A stretch of DNA of 63,447 nucleotides, filler included, from Hyphochytrium catenoides (Eukaryota; Protista; Hyphochytriomycota): the NCBI GenBank assembly GCA_900088475.1. It is 11 parts of 11 records of this genome, joined end to end, with 100 filler letters (N's around TTAATTAATTAA, not from the genome) between each part and the next. Parts side by side here need not be neighbours in the genome. Positions count along the whole stretch, not along the records: positions 44,901 to 56,464 come from FLMG01000278.1; positions 56,565 to 57,656 come from FLMG01000043.1; positions 57,757 to 58,937 come from FLMG01000847.1; positions 59,038 to 62,221 come from FLMG01002305.1; positions 62,322 to 63,447 come from FLMG01002712.1; 6 more parts are not named here. One strand, 5' to 3'. The notes below the pieces were generated by a model, which saw only the letters and a list, made by a program, of their open reading frames with translations, searched no databases and had not been told where the DNA came from. The stretch's first letter is position 1. Every line of letters starts with the position of its first letter. A program made the position numbers and the translations under genes. Shown here piece after piece: positions 50,308 to 63,447 of the stretch.

Positions 50308-51579
50308 TTGCTAGGAGAAAGAGTCCAGAGAAAACTGGTGAAGCACTGCTACGCGGGTGTAGCAAGAGGCAGCAAGAAACCGGAGAGCGGTAGCGCACCA
50401 CGCCTGACCCAGATATTTGCCCACGCGACGACTTCTCCGGCACCCAAACCAACGTTTCGGAGCGTCCCAATCAAGCAAGTAGGCCGGATAGCTTTAGGCT
50501 AGAAGGAACAGAGAAAGGAAGCGTCAGGAAATTATGGCCTTCAAACATGAGCAAAAGATAGAGTTCTGCAGCAGGAAGGAGAGAGACAGACAGCCACCGA
50601 GGGATAAAGAGAAAGAGACAGAGGATATGTAGAGCTAGAACCAGTTGTTTCTTAGAAAGTAAGAGTGATATAGCACCTTTGTCAAGGTTATGAAGGCTGG
50701 AGAAATTGCTAAGTTGAAAGGATGCTCCCCAGCAGCCACCTGCAGGAAGATGAAGGTAAATTGACTTCACTCGAGGATACCCTCGCGGCGGTCTCGACGA
50801 CGCAATCAGCTTGGACTCCTATATGATAACACTATGAAGGAGTCTTGAAGTTCCTCTTTTTCTTTTTTCAGCATGAACCAGAGAAAGTTCCCCATTGCCC
50901 CGTGGCAGTAAAGCCTTTATACCAAGGAGCTCTTGTTGTCCCGTTGAGTTGACTAGCAAAGACCAAAGCTTCCTTTGATCCTCCTTTGCTCTCGTCTCGC
51001 GTGAGCGGCAGCTGCTGGACTCGCATTGCAGCGTGTTTAAGAATGACTGGGAGGAAGGAGGGCGAGGCATAGGAGGAGGAGGAGGAAGGCTAGACGAGGG
51101 GCAAGAAAGAAACGAGGGGCATTAGGTATTGTGCATAGAGAGATAGGGAGAGAGAGGAGAGAGCACCTCGCTGTCACTTGACCAGATCTTTGAAGGTCTC
51201 CTGCTGCTGTTGGTGTATGTGTTGGCCTCCAAACCGCAAGGAGGTCTAAGGGCGGCTGAAGAGGTCCGAGGACGATCCCGTCTTGCTTGTTTGCATGCAT
51301 GTGGGAAGAGAGACGTAGGATAAGTCGTGGATAGTGGAGAGAACAAGAAGAGGCTTGTACCCATCTCGAGCAGACGGCTTGGCCGACAGGGATTGTGAAG
51401 AAGTAGCAGCAGCAGGAAGAAGAACCAATTCTTGGAATGTATGAGAGAGAAGGAGAGAGCGGAGAGAAGAGAGGGAGAAGAAAAGGAGAGAGAGAGAGAG
51501 AGGAGACAGAGAGAGAGAGAAAGAGAGACAGAGAGAGAGAGAGAGAGNNNNNNNNNNNNNNNNNNNNNNNNNNNNNNNN

Positions 51580-51610
<31 letters not shown>

Positions 51611-54600
51611 GCGAGAAGAGAGAGAATCGTCACACGGAGCGTGGTCATCACTTAGAACATCAGTATTATGTGTTCATGGCTGTTCCTCATGTTCGCATCA
51701 CCCATAGATATTCCGTATCATCTCCATTCGTTAGTTTTTGACACTCAGAATGGTCTAATCCTGTTCCGGACGGAGAGGAGCTGCTTGTACCGCTCCTGTG
51801 CCAAGAAGACGCGCACAGACATACGATACTACGACGACGCACTACGGGACTCTCAGATAGAAGAGGAGAGTGATAATGATTCATGATGATGACAAAGGCC
51901 TTTACTTTATTGTTAGAGGACTGTTTGGTCACGATAGTGGAAACGATATCACTTGCTTATTTTGCATGATGTAGGACGAGAGGACGAGGGATCGTCATCA
52001 CTTGCAGCTCATGATGCGATGCTGCTGCTGCTGAAGAAGGAGTGCTGCTGCTTCCCAAGGAGGCCAGATATTGATTCAGCTGCTGTCATCAGCCTAAAGT
52101 TCGTCGTGTGGTGGGAAGAATGCTTGCTGCTGCGTACTAGTTCGTAGCATATCCGATAGGCCGGCGGAGAAGAAGATGTCGTCGTAACAACAGCTAGGTA
52201 TTATTCAATCAAGGTCGCCGGGTTCAATCAACTAATCGCACCACCTTTTTCATTTTTCCTGATCATCATTAAGAGGGATAATAGCTACTACTACGACTAT
52301 TTTATTATAAAAAAGAAGAAGAAAAGAAGAAGACGGAGGAGAAGGAGATGAAAGGAAAAGGAAGAAGAAGGGACAAGAAGAAAAAGCTATTATAAAGCTG
52401 GCCTTGTCTCTTCCCTCATCTCGATCTTCTGCTCCACGCTATTAGAATCATAGTCGATCTCCTCAGTAATAATAAGAGGAGAAGGAGGGGGAGGTGGACC
52501 CCCTACCACAAATCATCACAATCAAGCTCGACGACCGCCGAGGCAAGCAAGATAAAGAAGAAGGAGGGTCCAGCTGCTCAACAAGAGCTACAATACTACG
52601 CTTCAGAATAAGCATCAAAAGCTCATTTTTTAAATGATGAGTCGCCATCATACAGATTATCCTGTGAAGGCGTACCAAAGCCATGGCCAAGCGAGACGAC
52701 GATTGACCAAGATACTGATGCCGAGAAACATCAAGAGCAGAGCGGTCACACTGAAGCTTCTTCACCAGATGTCCTACATTGCAAGCTCCCAAACGACTCA
52801 CCAAAAAAACTAGCGAGACAAACTGCAGCCTTCCGCCTTCCGCCGTTACGAGCAAGGAGGCACCAGAAAGTAGTATCATCGTCTGATAATCAATTTTGTA
52901 GTTATCTTGCTAGGCACTCCCCTCTTCACTCTGTCTCTTGGTATGTCTCTCTCTCTCTCTCATCTCTCCCCTCTCCATGAAAGTTCCTCCTTTCCCGACA
53001 GCGCTGTCCCTCTGTCTGTTTCTTTGGCCTTCTGGCTCTTTAGTCCACTGTGTGACCAATTTGTGCTGTTGCTTCAGAAAAGAGAGAGAGAGAGAGAGAG
53101 ANNNNNNNNNNNNNNNNNNNNNNNNNNNNNNNNNNNNNNNNNNNNGAGAGAAGGGAGGCACAGGAGAGAGTGATAGAAAAGAACTATGACAGAGAGGGAG
53201 GGAGACAAGACCAACAATCACATCATCCTGTCCTGTTTCTCTCTCACTCTCTCTCTCTCTCTCACTCTCTCTCTCTCTCTTCTGGGCTTCAATCTCTCTC
53301 TCTCCCTCTCTCTTGGGCTTCAATCTCTCTCTCTCGCTCTCTTTCTCGTCTCACATACACCTGTCATAGCGTGTCTCGTCATCTAACCTACTGCCAAAAC
53401 AGCCTTCGACGATCATTTTCCAGTCAAAGCTGTTCACGGTCAAGAAGCTCAGTTCTTATCGTCCATCCCCAGCATCCACAAATCCTGAGAGCACGAGTCT
53501 GACGAAGTCAGAAGTAACGGGAAGGAGGAGAACGGAAGGCTCCCGATTGAGGAAGATCATTGAGGAGGAAAGAGAGAGAAACGAGAAAGAAGCTTCGGCT
53601 CACAGAAAGAAAGCAACCCGATTTCAACGGGAAGGGCAGAGTAGGAGAAAAGCAGCACATGAGTTCTCCTCTCTCTCCCTCCAGTGCCTTCGAGGGAGGA
53701 GGGTAGAGGAGGGCGTCGGTGCCGCGTTGGAAGGAAGCAGAAGGAAGGCAGCCGGGCGTACATAGTGAGAGGTCGTTAAAGAGAGAGAAGAATCGAGAGT
53801 GTAAGAGAGAGAACCAGGCGCAGAGAGCGGCTGCAGGAGGGTGGACGAAAGAACTATCATGGACAAGATTCAGAATGTAGGGGGGAAGGCTCCTCTTCTC
53901 TCAGTCTGCCTCACGACTTTCAACTACTCCGTCAATATCCCTGGCAGATATTTCTGTCTCTTCTCGCCTTGGAGCTCTCTCTCTCTCTCTCTTCATCGCC
54001 CGATGATCCACGGCGCTCTCTTCACACTGGTTTCTAACCTGGTTTCTGCTTCTCTCTCTCCGGTTTTTTTCCGGGAGTTGGTGGTGCTATGATTTGTGGC
54101 TTGCGTTCCTACTCCTATCACTATCCCTTTAGTCCTTCTCTCTCTCTCTCATTTTTCTCTTGCATAGTTTCCTCCTTCCCTAATGCTTGCTCGCCAGAAA
54201 CTGCGCAGCTTCTCTGAAAGACTGTCCTTTGCCAGGGGACAGTCTAGGGAGAAGAAAGTGCTCAAGCATGGCAATCTTATGAAGATAAACTCTAGGTTAG
54301 GAGACGGGTCCAACGCGATGGCTAACTTCATCCTTCTTCTGGCTCTCCTTTCTCTCTCCTTCGTCTTGCTGTCTCTTTCCCTCTCTTCTTTATAGACTCT
54401 GTGTCTCTGTGGCATCCTCTAGCGCCTGCCTTACCGTGCAACTTTGTACGCCTGATCTAAGGCTTTTCAAATGCAGAATCCTCTCAGTCAAGCCAAAATG
54501 CTTGGATGTCCTCCTAGCAGCTCTCTCTTCATCTGCGACAGAGGAGGCCAAGAAGGCAGCAGAGAAGCTACTCAGCAGCACGAAGGCACAAACAGAACAG

Positions 54601-57600
54601 TGGTGAGAGAGAGGAGACAGACAGCATGTTATCATAAGGACAAGAGAGGAGAGAGGGAGAGAGAAGGGGGTAGAGAGAAAGGTAAATAAGGCATAAAATA
54701 GACCCTAACGATGCTGTTGGGTCTAAGGTATGGGAAGAATCTTCTCCTCGTGGACTGCGGCTTCAGCTCTACCGCACGGATGGACAAGTGGCCGGGCTTT
54801 GACCTCAAGACTTACTTTGGTGAGCTTCTCTTTCTTCCGTCTCGGTTCTATCCTGGTTGCCTATCCAGAGGCCGCCTGTGTAGTCTGTCATTCCTGATGG
54901 TGTCTCCTACGTCACCTGCGCCTTCTTCTGTTTGCCTCATGGACTTCTTCCGTCTTTTAATAGCCTCATCCTCTTCTCCTACTGACCTCTAAAACAAATC
55001 TTTCAGGCCGTCAAGTGCTAGAGTTCACCCATCAGTCGCAAGCACTTCCGTCTCTTTCCACTCTTTCTCGCGTTTGCGATGAAGTCTATAGGTAAGAAGA
55101 GGAAGAGAAAGACGATCTTTTAGCTTCATTATGAGGCTCTTCCTCACTATCCGTACTTCCACTTCACCTCGGTTAATTCTGGTTCCTCTTTAAGTTGATA
55201 AAGGAAGGCAGTATCTCACAACCGCTTGGTATGTTTGCAGCCGGCTGCAGAGAGATGACGATTCGGTAGCTCTCCTCATCGCTTCCAATCATGAGCATCT
55301 TGCACTCTTCGCTGCTTGCCTGTCTTTATATCCGATCCCCCCAAGACCTGGCAGTGGGGAAGGTGGAGGAGGACAGCGATCCTCTAGGCCGTTTGATTTT
55401 ATTGAAAGGTAGAGAACCATTGCAGTCTTTTGCTCTGTTCTTCTGACGGAGGCCGGCATTGGCCATCCGACCGGGACCGTAGGATATCTCTTTCCACTTG
55501 TTGAAGTCGTGGACGCTACCCTCCGATGTCCACCTCTTTTTAGCCGCGCTATCTGGTCTTTCTTTTTGTTGGTTCTCTTCAAGTTTAGCGTGTCATGGTG
55601 CTCTCACTTATAACTCCCACTTATAACTATTCTCTCTCTCTCGGCGCCACTCTTTCCGCCTCTCTTGCCATTCTGCACTGGTTTTTCCTATGGTTCCTCC
55701 GCTTCAGCTATCGCAAGGAGCTGTTTGAGAACAGACCAAAGGCGACTTTTCTCTTCATCCCATTACCTGCGGTTGAGGAATCCCGCAGCTTGCAAGCCAG
55801 TCGGCACCTACTCAAAATGTTTCAACAGCTTTTGGCGAAGAGACAAGAAGGACAAGGAAAAGATATCCTGGCCGGACAGGTGATCCGATTAGCTATCCCA
55901 CGCGCTCATTTATCACCCTATCTCCCTTGTGATGTCACTGGATGGTCTAATCATTTCCTATCTCTCCGTCGCGCAATCTTCTCAACACAGGAATTGCCTC
56001 CTCCGCCAGTCTACCCTGAGCTAGTCTTTGATTCTGTGAAGTTCCTGTCGGTTCCAATCTTCAATGTAAGGACTCCTTTCTCAGTGTGTTGGTCAGCCAA
56101 AGTTTTGGCTTTTTTCTTTCGACATGGCTGGTTCCTTGACATCTCCAGGTTTATAGAGCTTTCACTCGTCCAACCTGTTGCTACCCAGAAAATCATATGA
56201 GCTCTTATCTGAATTTGTTGTTGGTCACTGATATACCATTTATCTTTCCACCTTCAAAGTCTAACCTTCCACCCTGTCCTAATTTGATCTGTGCCTCTTC
56301 AATTCTATCCTTGTTCTGGCCCTGGTCTGCCACTCTCTTTTCTGTTCCATCCTCCTCCGAACTCCATGGCCTTCTAGGAGGGTCAAGCACCCAGCGCTAT
56401 CTCTCTTGCGTGCCGGCCATATCTGGCGGTAATGGACGGTGTGGGTCATGTCCAGTACTCCAGCNNNNNNNNNNNNNNNNNNNNNNNNNNNNNNNNNNNN
56501 NNNNNNNNTTAATTAATTAANNNNNNNNNNNNNNNNNNNNNNNNNNNNNNNNNNNNNNNNNNNNCCACCATTTTTGATAAAGCTCCTCCTTGTTGCGGTT
56601 AGTTCTGCTGGGAGCGGCACTCCTCTGAGATCTTGTTGCACCTTCATCATCATCTATCTACCTTAGAAGTACACTGATTATGTGATTGCAAGAAGTAGAG
56701 TGGAGGATGATTTCCAAATTTCTATTTCAGCAGCTGAGATATTTGTTGATGGTTGTTGGTGAACCCACGTGATGAAATCCTTCCCTTACTGGTATACTCA
56801 CTCCTTTCCTCCTCCTTCTTCTTATCGCTCATCATCTACATCATCAACAAGAAGAGTCGTACTCCGTCCTACTACTCGGTGTGGTCGCCGCCAAACGGTG
56901 AGAGCAGCGTTGTCAAGGTCAGGTGGTTCTATAATAGGTACAACCGTTATTCCGGACTAAGGTTGTCTGAAGTTCTTTTGATAGATCTTATTTATAAAAA
57001 TAAAGTAGGCCAGCCATAACAACCGGGACCACAACTCAGCAATATTCACTGATAATGTCTCCAAAAACAAATTTTATGATGAACCTTACCAATTCTATTT
57101 GAAACTGGCATCTTGACTTCACGTTTCAGAGTACTTCAGGCCCCTCGTATAGAACGTTCGCCAGGCTTTGGCGCGAAAATCGTCGTTTCGCGCCAAAATA
57201 TTGAGAATATTGCTTCTTTTATTCTGCTTTAATTGGTTACCTATTCCGTATATCGGCAAAATGCGTAAGAATCAAAAATTGTCTGAAGAAAAATATGGTT
57301 ACGATCAGAAATGTTGGCTCGCCAACATATTGTTCTAAAGTCTAATACATTTGGCTATATACCTGCTACGATTTANNNNNNNNNNNNNNNNNNNNNNNNN
57401 NNNNNNNNTCACGAATCCTCGAGCAAAGGGATGCGAGAAGTGCGTTAACACTACCATCTTCTCATCAGTTCCATCATCACTTACTGAAACGTTTCCTTAA
57501 TTAGCTTTCGCTTTTTTCACGCTATTTTCCAGAATATTTCATCAGTTTGATCTCGTCCATCCGGAGGAAAAATGACGGCTTGCAGAACACTTTTTGCGCT

Positions 57601-57756
57601 CAAATCAGACGAAGTGGTCGGTCTCAAATCGGACGAAGTATCCAGAGGTTTCGTCCNNNNNNNNNNNNNNNNNNNNNNNNNNNNNNNNNNNNNNNNNNNN
57701 TTAATTAATTAANNNNNNNNNNNNNNNNNNNNNNNNNNNNNNNNNNNNNNNNNNNN

Positions 57757-58937
57757 ACTGGCACTCTGACTGCTGATCAAGTGGAAGAGATTCTCATCAA
57801 TGAGACTAATCGCCGTAGAGCTGTAGCAGCGCAGCAGGAGGCCACTACTGGTGAAAGAGGAGCTTATCACACCGAACGCCCGGATCCTCAGAAAGGAGAT
57901 CCCGGAAAAGAAAGACGCAATCCTTGTCCTCATTGCAATGGACGGACCCATCGTGCAGAAATATATTGGGGATTGGAGGCCAATGCTCATCGTCGTCCGG
58001 CGGGGTGGAAATCGCGCATTAAAGGTAAAGATAGTAAGCCAGCTGCCAAGCCTGCAGCTGCATTTGCGGCCTTTATTAATGCCCTTGACGCGGATCAGCG
58101 CGAGGAGCTAATCAACTCTCTTGGAAACGCTTATACCAAGTCTCCTCCTTGTGCCGACGAAAACGAAAAAGAACCACCTCCAAAATCACAAGCAAAAGTG
58201 GCTATCACAGAGAGCAACACCGCAGCACGGTGGATCATTGATAGCGGTGCCACAGCTCATATCACCGGCAACCGGCAGCTTTTCCAGGACTACAAAGTCA
58301 TAGATCCAATACCTCTACTCACAGCCGAAAAACAGAAGCGTCAAGGCCATCGGTCAAGGATCAGTCAAGCTCTCTCTCACATCACCGACCAACCGGACAG
58401 GCATTGTAACCCTTCAAAACGTCCTACATGCTCCTGGTTTCACCAAAGATCTACTCTCGATCAGCAAGGAGCTTGATAAAGGTTACCACGTACTTTTTAC
58501 CCAAGATGGACAGGTCTATTATCTACCGCCTAAACCTCTATCTCAGCTACTTTCTGTCGCACCAACCAGTACCCTTGGCGAACGCATTGGGAATCTCTTT
58601 TACGTGACGGGCTCCACCTTAACGGACTGTACTCCAGCAAGCAGTTCTCCCAGTCCCTACACCACCTTATCCGATACTGAGACAATAGCTATCAGCCCCC
58701 AATCAGTCACCATCTGGCATCGCAGATTGGGACATCTCAACATTCCAGATGTACGAAAATTGGCAACGGTTTCTTCAGGCATGAAGATCACCAACGACAC
58801 AACGTCTCTCGGTTCGGGTTGTGTCTTGAGGAAATTGACCCGACGTAAGTTTCCTAAACAATCACACCGTAAAACACAACGCCCCCTTAAACTAGTCCAC
58901 TCCGATGTTGGCATTGTCAATACACTTAGCCTTGGCG
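57757..58937 (+). mobile_element. Degenerate Ty1/copia LTR-retrotransposon gag-pol fragment
   Basis: Decayed zinc knuckle CPHCNGRTHRAEIYW, protease WIIDSGATAHITGN, frameshift near the A-run at ~58330, VKAIGQGSVKL...NVLHAPG..LLSI, pre-integrase IWHRRLGHLN and integrase start PLKLVHSDVG, in copia domain order. Confidence 0.9.
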
Positions 58938-59037
58938 NNNNNNNNNNNNNNNNNNNNNNNNNNNNNNNNNNNNNNNNNNNNTTAATTAATTAANNNNNNN
59001 NNNNNNNNNNNNNNNNNNNNNNNNNNNNNNNNNNNNN

Positions 59038-59472
59038 TCTTTTTGAAGCGATCGGCATTTGCATCAATCCCTTGACAGTCATCGTCAAACCATTTGTTTC
59101 TGAAGGGCTCACTGAACTTCCAGGCTTGCAAGCCAGCGATGACGGCAAGAGCAACTTCTACCGCCATAAAGACCCATATAAGGCTGGAAGAGGACAAGGG
59201 AATAGCGAACTCTTTAACAATGTGAGCAACATGACGCGTTTGGCTGCTCTTACTTACATGTTCACTGCGGCTTTGGCAATGACGCACCATCCCGTCAAGC
59301 AGCGCACACAGCCCACTAAGACACCAAAGATGCCAGCTATGACGACGGCCCCAAGGAATAAGCCTGCCTTGGGCAGAAAAACAATCGCTGGAATGGCGAA
59401 AAGGATCTGGAGAATTACTGCAGAGATCAAAGCAAACTGCTTGCAAAGCCCCGATAGTCCACAAAAGGCCAT
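59038..59472 (-). CDS. Small four-TM membrane protein, paralog A (3'-truncated at segment end)
   Basis: Exon 59472-59258, intron 59257-59184 (GTAAG..CAG), exon 59183-59038; colinear with and clearly homologous to paralog B. Confidence 0.8.
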
Positions 59473-61374
59473 CCTGGGACCAAAGCAATGGCAAAATGTC
59501 AGCTACTATGGTCCAAGGTAAGAGCTCTTCACTGCTACTCAGCTACAATGCATAGTGCTCGTGAAGCGCGATGGTGCTCGCGATGGCTTTGTAAAAGCAG
59601 CCTCTTAATAGCTTTGTCGCCGTCGATGCAGCAGGAGGCGGAGGATCAGATGCCAAACAACGAGGTGCCTCTTTATCGCATCCTCACGGCGCTGCCTGCG
59701 TGTACAAAAGCTAACTCCAGAATCATGGACGATGGTGGCCTGCTTGGAGCGTATTGGAAGAGACGCCCTCTAGAAGATGGGAAAGAAAAGCTGAGTCGGA
59801 AGGAGTGCTGGTCCCGAGATCAACAGGTAAGAGTGTAAACGGCGAGGTAGCGTCGGTCGCAATGACTTTTCACATGCAGAGAAAGTGCCAATAGATGTGA
59901 GAGAGAAGTAACACAGAAGAATCTCGGAGATAAACAAGTGCTTGTGGGCGTTGTGTTCCTGTCTCAGGAGCAAGGCGTAGGGCGAGAGAAAGAGAGAGCT
60001 CAGGCCAGATGGCGACCCTAGGAAAGCGAGAGAGAGAGAGACGGAAAGCACAGAGAGGAGGAATGTAGGGTGGTATTGGGCCAGAGAGAGAGAGAGAGAG
60101 GAGAGAAGAAGGAGGCAATGAGAGGGAGGAGAAGAAAGAGAGTAAGAACGCGATAGATGAATGTGCATCTGCGCCTTGATGTAAGAACCTAGTAGACAGC
60201 CTTATCGTCTTTGAAGGACCTGATTGAAGAGAGAAAAGAGTGAGAAAGGACAGCAAAAGAGAGAGGGGGGAAGAGGACCAGATAAGAGAGAGCGAAGGCA
60301 CAGACACAACTGAGCGACACACACCTTCTCACCTCTTAGACCCAGTCCAACCACCGTTTTTCTGATAAGATCAGGAGACAAAAGAGATAGTTCTATAAAG
60401 GCCTTTATTATTATTAGAGGAGAGAAGGCCCACCTCGTCACAGACCCAAAACCCAAAAGAAAGCCAGATCGGTTCACATCTCAGACAAAAGTGCCAATTC
60501 CTGATCGTGAGTTTTACCTTCTGAATAAGTATTGGAAAAGCTGTCATATTCGTGATCCCATGTCACGTTTTGCTGTACGAGTACCCCACTGTGTACCATC
60601 ATAGGCATTACGCTGGAATTGTCTGTAGTTCTTCTGTATACCTGTAACCTACGTTCCTGGCCTGGAGCAAAACAGTACTTAGCCCGTCTGGTAAGTCTAC
60701 TTCAAATATCTGAGCTCCTGAAGGGCGATACCTCTCTGTATTCAGCCTTGCAGAACGCGTCGCCGTCCTTCCTTCTTCCTTCATATTCATGATAATAGTG
60801 TGAGCACACATCCTGCAAAGAAGAAGCGGCGCAGCATAATACTGCAGCTACCCAAAAAGGAGGCTACTTCCTCCTCCTCGTTCTCTGCGTTCTTGGTGAT
60901 GGAGTTCCTAGTATTGAAAGGAACAAGAAGACCACCCACCAAGGTTGATGATCTGGTGGACGATGATAACTATATCATAGCAGAAGAGAAGGACGGCAGA
61001 GTTTTTAAACCGTGACTCGTATCCCTGTCCCTATTGTTTCTTGCGATCATATCGGCGAGGACAGCAAGACATAGAAATCTACTTGCCCAAGCAGCAACGA
61101 GGAGGTCAAGACGGAAATGTGGTGGGTAGAAAAGAAAATGTCCATTAAGTAAGTCGGCTAGTTGAATAGAGGATGCTACCAGTATCTGACTGCGCGTCAT
61201 ACGGCTCCGTCTTGCACGACGATAGGTCATTACATTCGAAGTTAGCAGCCCACCATATACTCTTAATAACAGCTTAGTTAAAGCTAGGATGATGTGGTGC
61301 ATCCTCGTCATATCTTTTCAGCTATTCCTGTTATTATCGTCACTGTCCTCAAATGGCAGGGCTTGATCAGGTAA

Positions 61375-62003
61375 CTATACATCAGGACGGTTTTCAGCGT
61401 CATATTCGTCGTCCTGATCATTCTTGGAATAGCTTGTTCCCCCCATGGAACGTATGAGGTTAGCTAGAAGCGTCACCCAAAGCGATAAGACTGCCACGAT
61501 AATGGTGAGGACCAACCCTGCCGTGAACCAGCCCTTGGTAACGCCGCAGTCATCTGGCAGCCTTTTGAAGCTCTCATCACTGGTGTCAAAGCCCAGACAG
61601 TCGTCTTCAAACCAATCCTTTCTAAAGGGCTCACTGAAGTCCCAGGCCGTTATACTGGCAATAACAGCAAGCGCCAACTCCACAGCCATAAAGATCCAAA
61701 TGAAGCTGAAGCGAAAGAGAAGAAATTGTTAGATGTACCGAGGCCTACGTTGTCTTCTCATCCTCCTGGTATTAATCGGTGCACTTACATGTTAACTACA
61801 GCTTTGGCAAAGGTACACCATCCTGTTAAACAGCGTAGACACCCTACGACAATGCCGAAGACTCCAGCGAAGACGACTGCTCCGAGAAAGAGTCCTGCGC
61901 TTGGCAGGAAGACTATGGCCGGGATCGACGCGAGGACCTGGAGAACTATGGCGGATATCAGGCTAATTTGCCTGCACAAACCGGTCAGGCCGCAGCAAGC
62001 CAT
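61375..62003 (-). CDS. Small four-TM membrane protein (tetraspanin/MS4A-like topology), paralog B (~181 aa)
   Basis: Exons 62003-61789 and 61705-61375 with the same intron position as paralog A. TM1-TM2 hairpin, Cys-rich inner loop (GCLRCLTGWC), TM3, loop with two Cys (DDC...DDCG), TM4, acidic tail. Confidence 0.82.
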
Positions 62004-62583
62004 TACTCTCGTGTCAGTGATGCGGTTTGGAAGGTGTTGAGCAGGTGATGCAAGGATGCTCGCCTCTATGCTGAAACTCGGATAGTCTGGTTGTTATTTG
62101 GAGAGATTTTCCGGAGTGAACCATGGAAACAAAAGTAGTTGGTGGGCCGGAAGGAGGGAGGTTCCTATGCGTCTATGAAGACCTCTCTCTTGCAGTGCAT
62201 GCTACCTGGATTGCTCGTCTTNNNNNNNNNNNNNNNNNNNNNNNNNNNNNNNNNNNNNNNNNNNNTTAATTAATTAANNNNNNNNNNNNNNNNNNNNNNN
62301 NNNNNNNNNNNNNNNNNNNNNATTCTTTGGTCCAACCCAGGGATAGGGCTGGCATGGAGGAACGCACATTGTACAGTACCGCAGATAGATACCATCATGG
62401 TCAGCCGTCGGTTATGAGAGACGGTAGCCTTCCGCTTAGCTCATGACCTTCTCTCATCCAAAAAGCCCGCGCTGCTCCTAGTAGCTTACGTTATCATGGA
62501 CGAGAGACGGACTTCATTTCTTTTTATGGCCGTCTAGCAGAAAAAAGAAAGTTGCCCGTGGTGCGGGGGGGGGGAGAACATAC

Positions 62584-62762
62584 TTGCATGGTACTAATCC
62601 CACGCTGCTCCTTGCTCATTCTCAGAGCACCACCAACGTCGTTGTTGATCGGTGCTGCTATTGCCCGCACCCTGGTGTTGGTGATCCATTCATTGGCCTT
62701 GCCCTTCACTTTCGTCGGACTGCTGGCTTTATCATAGCCAGCACTTGTCTCGCTGCTGCCGC
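62584..62762 (-). CDS. Possible internal exon of an unidentified gene
   Basis: Open frame RGSSETSAGYDKASS...RGISTMQ flanked by a pyrimidine-rich CAG acceptor and a GTATG donor; no homology recognised. Confidence 0.25.
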
Positions 62763-63447
62763 GCTGCAGGTATGAACTTGTGAAAGAAAGAGAAAGCAGT
62801 GGCAAAAAGTTAACGATCCAGTACTTTTGCTTTTATTGCCCGCGATGTGCCCCTTCTCTTTCCATCTACCGCCTTTTCTGCAAAAAAGGAAGAGTAGCTG
62901 TTTGGCGCAGTGGGAGGAAGGTGAATCAATATTTTTATTATTATTATGGGTGCGGTTCTCATAGGTAGCGTAGGCTCTGTTCCTGTTAGATTGCAGGGTA
63001 GTTCTGCTCCCTGTCACTTGTATCACCTCTTCGTCTTCAAGCACCTCTTCTTCTTTCTGCTGATACAAGATAGTCACGTGGAAGAACAACTTGAAGGAGC
63101 AAGAGAAAATGAAAAAACGAACACGACTCTACGGCTGCGTGACTTACCCCTTAGTGGGGCCATCGTTGCTTGCCAGTCAGATCGATGAGATTGATCAATA
63201 ATCTACGTTAGACAGGAAGAAGAAGACCATCCTCACCAGTCTCATCTACGTCAAGGAACACCAGTGTGCGCTAGTCATCAGAGGAATAAGAAGAGCGTGA
63301 CGTTCATTCTCCGACGTAGGTAGTAGTGGCACCGCCTGTTTCTCTCCTCCTCCCACTATATATATGATATAGCTCCCAAACGGACGTCATCATCATCATT
63401 ATTATCTTCATGGATCTCTATCTTTAGCGCTCCTGGTCCGCCCTAGG

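Noticed and set aside
53400-56464. Scattered ORFs (53547-53765, 54183-54606, 55595-56200) as a gene
   Set aside because: Some exon-like borders, but no coherent model or homology; left uncalled.
2578-62321. Regularly recurring TTAATTAATTAA motif as a biological repeat
   Set aside because: Always centred in exactly 44+44 Ns; an artificial all-frame-stop linker.
1-63447. tRNA, rRNA or other structured RNA genes
   Set aside because: None recognised by eye; a covariance-model scan (tRNAscan-SE, Rfam) would be needed to exclude them.

Overview
Eukaryotic, probably protist, genomic DNA. A stramenopile origin is inferred from the HSF motif FQRQLNYFGFRK and an oomycete-style GIN/DUF2807 protein, but is not proven. 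The window is not one locus: 11 segments are joined by ten artificial 100-nt spacers (44N-TTAATTAATTAA-44N), so neighbourhood only means something within a segment. (CT)n/(GA)n microsatellites are pervasive and generate most of the spurious SL/RE-repeat ORFs in the track. Genes reconstructed by hand from GT-AG splicing or long ORFs: a signal-peptide + Venus-flytrap receptor N-terminus (truncated), an RRG7/DUF2034-like PD-(D/E)XK nuclease-fold protein, a membrane-anchored SDR, an orphan GPI-type surface protein, an HSF-domain factor, an orphan two-exon gene, the UTP10/HEATR1 N-terminus, a GIN/DUF2807 protein, a decayed Ty1/copia fragment and two paralogous 4-TM proteins. The standout is a head-to-tail array of four 7-exon genes encoding 7TM-like receptor–RGS (G-alpha GAP) fusions (25706-42828). 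It shows apparent gene conversion of the RGS exon between copies 1 and 2, and two lesions in copy 4: a +4 frameshift that a 25-nt GT-AG mini-intron could bypass, and a 47-nt tandem duplication in the tail.
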